DNA of 62,264 nucleotides from Vampirovibrionales bacterium (GTDB lineage Bacteria; Cyanobacteriota; Vampirovibrionia; Vampirovibrionales; JAGQHJ01): NCBI GenBank assembly GCA_025449835.1, contig JANWIO010000057.1, positions 1 to 62,264 of the forward strand, read 5' to 3'. Shown piece by piece: positions 57,315 to 62,264 of this stretch (position 1 is its first letter; each line of letters starts with the position of its first letter). The notes under the pieces were generated by a model. It saw only the letters and a program-made list of their open reading frames with translations, ran no database searches and was not told where the DNA came from. The position numbers and the translations under genes were made by a program.

Positions 57315-57506
57315 ATGGCTCGAGTACTGATTTCTATGAAAGATGATTTCCTGAAAAGAATTGATGAAGTTGCTGAATCGGAGCAACGCTCTCGTAGTGA
57401 ACTCATACGTGAGGCCCTTCGCCAGTATATTCGCAAAAATGTTGCCAGTCAAAATCCACGGATTGAACAAGAAGCTCGGGCATTAGAAGCACTCCTTGAG
57501 GACTAA
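57315..57506 (+). CDS. Ribbon-helix-helix (CopG family) DNA-binding protein
   Basis: RVLISMKDDFLKRIDEVAESEQRSRSELIREAL; AGGAG SD. Confidence 0.88.
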   Translation: MARVLISMKDDFLKRIDEVAESEQRSRSELIREALRQYIRKNVASQNPRIEQEARALEALLED

Positions 57507-57689
57507 TTCAGGGGCAATATTTACTTTATTGGAATAGCATCATAGCGCTTTTCACCCAAGAGAAAAGCATTTTGGGCAAATTTTTAATCGTTTATATACC
57601 AAAACAAATCGGCTACCCATTGGGGCGATAGATTCCTGAACATCTATCTCAAACAATAAAAATATTAATGGTGATTGAGGGAACTCAAT

Positions 57690-59411
57690 ATGCCGGTTCA
57701 TAATGCCGAAATTGCAGAAACACTCAATGAGCTTGCAGATCTGCTTGAAATTGAAGGCGAAAATCCTTATAAAATTCGGGCTTACCGAAATGCAGCGCGG
57801 AGCATTGAAAACTATACTGAGAATATTGCCTCATTGATCCAAGCTGGAAGAACCTTGCCCCATTTGCCCGGGGTGGGTGAAAGCATTGGCAATAAAATTG
57901 ATGAGATTGTTAAAACGGGACATTTGGAGAAACTGGCGCATCTGGAACAGAAACTTTCTGGACATTTAGCCGAATTGGTTGCAATTCCAGGGCTGGGCCC
58001 TAAGCGTGTGAAGATACTGCATGAAAAACTCGGCATCAACAATTTAGAAGACTTATCTCGTGCCCTTGAGTCGAAAGCCATCCGAGAGATCCCTGGGTTT
58101 GGTGAAAAAACAGAAGCCCACATTCAGCATGAATTGGAACGCCGTCAACAAAGCCGTCCACGGCTCAAACTGGCTTTTGCAGAACAAATTGCAACATCTC
58201 TTTTGGACTATATTCATACAATCGAAGGGATTAAAAACGCCATTATTGCGGGTAGTTTCCGGCGTCGCCTGGAAACCGTTGGTGATCTGGACATTTTAAT
58301 CACTTGCAAAACGGGTTCGAATGCAATGAAGGAAGTCATATTGTACGAAGATGTTGAAGAAACTGTCTCTCAAGGTGAAACCCGCTCAACAGTACGATTA
58401 CGTTCTGGGTTACAAGTCGATATTCGGGTTGTGCCAGATGCAAGCTACGGCGCTGCACTTCTTTACTTTACCGGTTCCAAAAGCCATAACATTGTTATCC
58501 GAACTATGGCCGTTCAAAAAGGACTCAAAATCAACGAATATGGTGTCTTTAAAGACGACACACAAGTTGCCGGAAAAACCGAAGAGTCTGTCTATGCTCA
58601 AGTGGATTTGCCCTATATTGAACCGGAACTCCGAGAGAATCGGGGTGAAATTGAGGCGGCGCAAAAAAATCAACTTCCCAAACTGATTCAAATAGCGGAT
58701 ATTGTCGGGGATTTGCATGTTCATACTAAAGCAAGCGACGGTTCCTATACTTTAGAAGAGATGGCCATGGCTGCTCAGAGACGTGGTTATCAATACATTG
58801 CCATTACAGAGCATACGCAACAAACCCGGATTGCGCATGGGTTAGATGAGAAACGGCTTACGGAACGTTTAAAGCGAATTGATCGCCTCAATGAGAAACA
58901 GTCGGGGTTCCTTATCTTGAAGTCGGCAGAAGTGGATATTTTAGAAGATGGTACTTTGGATTTACCCAACCGCATTCTCAAAGAACTGGATTTAACCGTG
59001 TGTTCCGTCCATTCAAACTTCAATTTATCGCTTAAAAAACAAACCGAACGGATTGTCCGGGCCATGGATAATCCTTATTTTAATATTTTAGGTCATCCTA
59101 CAGGCCGATTGATTGGTGAACGAGAGCCCTATGCTGTGGATCTCAAACAAATTATGGATGCCGCCTCTGAACGCGGGTGTTATTTGGAGTTAAATGCCCA
59201 ACCGGACCGCCTGGATTTAAGGGACATTGACTGCAAAGCAGCAAAAGACTTTGGTATCAAAGTGGCGATTTCCAGTGATGCTCATAAAATCAGTGATTTT
59301 AATAACATGCGCTATGGTGTCGACCAAGCACGCCGTGGTTGGTTAGAAGCCTCTGATGCTTTAAATACCCGGCCGTGGGAAACATTGCAAAGAGTTCTTC
59401 AACGCATATAA
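57690..59411 (+). CDS. polX: DNA polymerase X with PHP 3'-5' exonuclease domain
   Basis: AYRNAA, GSFRRRLETVGDLDIL, QVDIR, YFTGSKSHN; PHP motifs DLHVHT, HPTGR, SSDAH. Confidence 0.95.
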   Translation: MPVHNAEIAETLNELADLLEIEGENPYKIRAYRNAARSIENYTENIASLIQAGRTLPHLPGVGESIGNKIDEIVKTGHLEKLAHLEQKLSGHLAELVAIPGLGPKRVKILHEKLGINNLEDLSRALESKAIREIPGFGEKTEAHIQHELERRQQSRPRLKLAFAEQIATSLLDYIHTIEGIKNAIIAGSFRRRLETVGDLDILITCKTGSNAMKEVILYEDVEETVSQGETRSTVRLRSGLQVDIRVVPDASYGAALLYFTGSKSHNIVIRTMAVQKGLKINEYGVFKDDTQVAGKTEESVYAQVDLPYIEPELRENRGEIEAAQKNQLPKLIQIADIVGDLHVHTKASDGSYTLEEMAMAAQRRGYQYIAITEHTQQTRIAHGLDEKRLTERLKRIDRLNEKQSGFLILKSAEVDILEDGTLDLPNRILKELDLTVCSVHSNFNLSLKKQTERIVRAMDNPYFNILGHPTGRLIGEREPYAVDLKQIMDAASERGCYLELNAQPDRLDLRDIDCKAAKDFGIKVAISSDAHKISDFNNMRYGVDQARRGWLEASDALNTRPWETLQRVLQRI

Positions 59412-59416
59412 ACCAA

Positions 59417-59448
59417 AAAGCCGGTTGTTTTTATCTACAACCGGCTTT
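59417..59448. terminator. Bidirectional terminator between polX and hsp20
   Basis: AAAGCCGGTTG...CAACCGGCTTT. Confidence 0.75.
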
Positions 59449-59468
59449 GATCTTGGTCGAAACGAGAA

Positions 59469-59930
59469 CTATTTACGGCTTACTTTAATTTTATGCCGTC
59501 TGGTTTCTTCTGATTTTGGAATGGTGACGGTTAACATCCCATTTTCAAAATCAGCTTTTGCTTTTTCCCCTTGAACATCTGTTGGAAGCTGAATCCGTCG
59601 GAAAACTTTGGCATGGGTAATCTCTTTGCGATAAAAATTCCCCTTTTCCTCTTCTTCTTTTTTAAAAGATTCACCACTTAAACATAAGGTATGATCTTCA
59701 ACTTCAATACTTAAATCCTCTGGTTTAATCCCGGGTACCAAAGCCTTAACTCTGATTTCTTTTTCATCTTCAACAACATCCACTGGTGGTGTCCAAACTG
59801 CTAAAAACGCTTCGGGCTCACCCAGCCGCCTCCGGCCGGGAGACCATGGGGAAAGAAATTCTTGCTCTAAGTCACTAAAAACCCGATTTAAATCTTCTCG
59901 TAAAGACGACAAAGGCCGCATTAATGACAT
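59469..59930 (-). CDS. Hsp20/alpha-crystallin small heat shock protein
   Basis: PPVDVVE, VPGIKPEDLSIEV, FRRIQLP, AKADFENGMLTVTIPK; AAGGAGG SD. Confidence 0.95.
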   Translation of the reverse strand: MSLMRPLSSLREDLNRVFSDLEQEFLSPWSPGRRRLGEPEAFLAVWTPPVDVVEDEKEIRVKALVPGIKPEDLSIEVEDHTLCLSGESFKKEEEEKGNFYRKEITHAKVFRRIQLPTDVQGEKAKADFENGMLTVTIPKSEETRRHKIKVSRK

Positions 59931-60063
59931 TATAAAGCCTCCTTTTTTAATTGACTAAACAAAATGGGATGAATTGAAACCGCCCCAATTATTTCAAAAA
60001 AAATTTTTTAGCTTGATAGCTACTTAGATAATTTTAAAAAAACTACCTGGACTATTTCTGTTT

Positions 60064-61746
60064 TTAAGCGAACTGATTACGCCTCAGTTGGTTCTGCTTC
60101 GCTTTTGGAATATTAAAAAAGAAAGTACTGCCTTGGCCAGGAACACTCTTAAGCCCAAGCTTTCCACCATGTTTGGTTACGATCTGTTTGGTAATATATA
60201 GGCCTAACCCCTTGGTTGAAGGAAGCTTCCGTTTTCCATTCCCTGGGTGAAGCAGTTTTTCTTGCAGTTCTCTGGGAATGCCTGGACCATCATCCTTTAC
60301 CCGAAATATAAAATCATTGTCTTGCGGCTGAACGTCTACATCAATATGAGCGCCTTCTCCTGTGTTTTGGATGGCATTAGTCATTAAGTTCTCTAAAGCC
60401 CGCTTTAAGCTGAACCGATCGGCAACAATATCTTGTTGCTCCTCGGGTAACAAGTGAATGGTCAGAGATTGTTTTTTAAAGCTGCTTAAAGGTGCCAATT
60501 CTTCTTTAATTTCCTGGAGAAAATGATTGAGCTTGAAATGGGTGGGTTCAAAACGTTCTTGCTTGTTTTGAGACCGTAATAACTCAACCAAATTTAAAAC
60601 CAATTCCAGTTCAAAACGAGTACTTTCATTTAGTGCGGATAATAAATTTTGATTTTCTGTGGTTGACAAATTATCGCCCAATTCACTTTTTTGAAGTAAT
60701 TCAATTGCATAAATCGCTGATTTTAAGGGACCCTTTAAATCATGACTTAGAGCAGCAGCTAAAATACCAAGACTTTCAAGAGTATCCTGCAATTTGTTCA
60801 TTAAGGTCTCATAAATTTCTAAATTTAATAAAACGTAAAGCCCAAAAGCAAGGAAGGCAGAAGAAAACGCAACCTGAAAAAAACCATTGGAAATCACTAA
60901 ATTGCGGACTGTTCCAATACTTAATTCCTGGGGGCCAATATAGGTTTCCCAGCCTAAGGTATGCCAAACAACACTTCCCAACCAGCCAAGGCACAAAATA
61001 ATGGCTAAAAATCGGGTTTGTAAAGAGGCAAAAAACGGTTTGGCAAGAGAAATCGGACAGCCTGATTGAGACAGTAATAGTGCAGCACCATAGAATAATA
61101 AAGCAATGCTTACCGGCATTGTCATTAAATAATGCGCCAGTGGTTCTGGCCCCAAATCACCAATAAGTCCAAAAGCCGATAAATTAATGAGCAATATCGT
61201 TGGCATTTGGACACCCCATAACGATCCTTTAACCGAGTGCGTCGGACAATAATAGCTGACCAATGAGATAATAGACGATAGTAATAGGCCCAGTGCTTCA
61301 AATAAAGGCATATGGCCACTAATAGGAGATTCAGGAATTAAAAATTGTTCTAACGAGACCTGTTTATAAACTCGGAAAAAAACGATGATTTGAGAACTTG
61401 CAATAATTAAAGGGATAAGATAAATGACGGGAATCATCAGATTTTTAAAGGTCTTTTTATTGGTAAGTAATGGAATAACCGTAATAAAGTATCCCAAAGA
61501 GAGCAAAATCAAAGCCCATCCAACGCGAAAATCAAATGCGATGCCTCCTTTGCTATAATAATAGAGCATCGGAATATGTAGGAAGATTCCCAACAGTGCA
61601 ATAAAGCCAATCAGAAAAATGAACGCATTGAGACCTAGCCCAATTCGTTTCTGGCTGCTCAATTTAGTTATTTGTAAAACAAAATTATCGTGAGATTTAG
61701 GCGCCATACCACCTGAATACTCATATCTACGAACAAGTAATTGCAC
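60064..61746 (-). CDS. Membrane sensor histidine kinase (about 7-8 TMs, HisKA + HATPase_c)
   Basis: LSHDLKGPL, NLMTNAI, VKDDGPGI, GLGLYI; no adjacent response regulator. Confidence 0.9.
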   Translation of the reverse strand: MQLLVRRYEYSGGMAPKSHDNFVLQITKLSSQKRIGLGLNAFIFLIGFIALLGIFLHIPMLYYYSKGGIAFDFRVGWALILLSLGYFITVIPLLTNKKTFKNLMIPVIYLIPLIIASSQIIVFFRVYKQVSLEQFLIPESPISGHMPLFEALGLLLSSIISLVSYYCPTHSVKGSLWGVQMPTILLINLSAFGLIGDLGPEPLAHYLMTMPVSIALLFYGAALLLSQSGCPISLAKPFFASLQTRFLAIILCLGWLGSVVWHTLGWETYIGPQELSIGTVRNLVISNGFFQVAFSSAFLAFGLYVLLNLEIYETLMNKLQDTLESLGILAAALSHDLKGPLKSAIYAIELLQKSELGDNLSTTENQNLLSALNESTRFELELVLNLVELLRSQNKQERFEPTHFKLNHFLQEIKEELAPLSSFKKQSLTIHLLPEEQQDIVADRFSLKRALENLMTNAIQNTGEGAHIDVDVQPQDNDFIFRVKDDGPGIPRELQEKLLHPGNGKRKLPSTKGLGLYITKQIVTKHGGKLGLKSVPGQGSTFFFNIPKAKQNQLRRNQFA

Positions 61747-61850
61747 TTTAAGCAGAATGAATCACTCTGTCAATTGGAATACTGACTAGTTTTCCACGAG
61801 TATCCTGATTTAAAATTAAACAATACGTACTAATATAAGGAGATGAAGCC

Positions 61851-62264
61851 GTGAGCGAAAAAGCAACCTTTGGAGCAGGATGTTTCTGGGGTGTTGAAGC
61901 GGAATTTGCAAAACTTCCAGGGGTGTTGTCCACCATGGTTGGCTATACAGGAGGAACAGCTCAAAATCCTTCTTATCAAGAAGTGTGTACAGGTACCACT
62001 GGCCATGCTGAGGCCCTAGAAGTTGAATTTGATCCTGCCGTCATCACCTATGATGATCTTTTAAATTGCTTTTGGGAGATCCACGATCCCACCACACCCA
62101 ACCGGCAAGGTCCTGATGTCGGTCATCAATATCGATCGGCTATATTTTACCACTCACCGGAGCAAGAAATACTTGCAAAGGCATCCAAAGAAAATCTTGG
62201 CCGATCTGGACGTTTCCATCGACCCATTGTTACCGAAATTATGCCGGCTTCCACGTTTTACAAA
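61851..62264 (+). CDS. msrA: Peptide-methionine (S)-S-oxide reductase, truncated by the window end (absent from the ORF track)
   Basis: GTG start after AAGGAG; translates to SEKATFGAGCFWGVE...GHAE...HDPTTPNRQGPDVGHQYRSAIFY. Confidence 0.95.
   Translation, partial: MSEKATFGAGCFWGVEAEFAKLPGVLSTMVGYTGGTAQNPSYQEVCTGTTGHAEALEVEFDPAVITYDDLLNCFWEIHDPTTPNRQGPDVGHQYRSAIFYHSPEQEILAKASKENLGRSGRFHRPIVTEIMPASTFYK

Noticed and set aside
59974-59997. TTGAAA-N12-TTTCAA upstream of hsp20 as CIRCE or HAIR
   Set aside because: Matches neither consensus; a short AT-rich palindrome could be chance

Overview
Bacterial chromosomal window with no rRNA, CRISPR array or intact transposase/integrase. Housekeeping genes (priA, recA, cdd, serA plus a class V aminotransferase, accD-accA, alr, recG, treS, msrB, msrA [partial], hppA, polX, hsp20, tRNA-Ser(GCT), tRNA-Pro(TGG)) are interspersed with many lineage-specific orphans. 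The gene content and the 'MGFAASQAR...' protein suggest a non-photosynthetic relative of Cyanobacteria (Vampirovibrionia/Melainabacteria); this is an inference, not a database result. Top lead: a flagellum-derived type III export operon (44896-48583) with injectisome-like traits. It has a single FliM/FliN-type gene with two SpoA domains and an internal SD+ATG before the second (SctQ-like), a short signal-peptide-less FliP with SctR-like residues, and a FliQ with a long tail, yet it retains FliO. Elsewhere in the window lie a 109-aa helix-PxxP-helix needle/pilin-like protein and several orphan or eukaryote-like proteins with a shared N-terminal [P/L/V][R/H/K]F[G/S/C] motif (candidate secretion substrates). 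Secondary leads: a shared upstream motif GTTTGTT(T)nATA, a perfect HLR1/RpaB-type box, two orphan terminators suggesting sRNAs, a tRNA-Pro anticodon-arm copy, a probably kinase-dead TreS-maltokinase fusion, and small ORFs missed by the track. All functional assignments come from motif recognition by eye; no searches were run.
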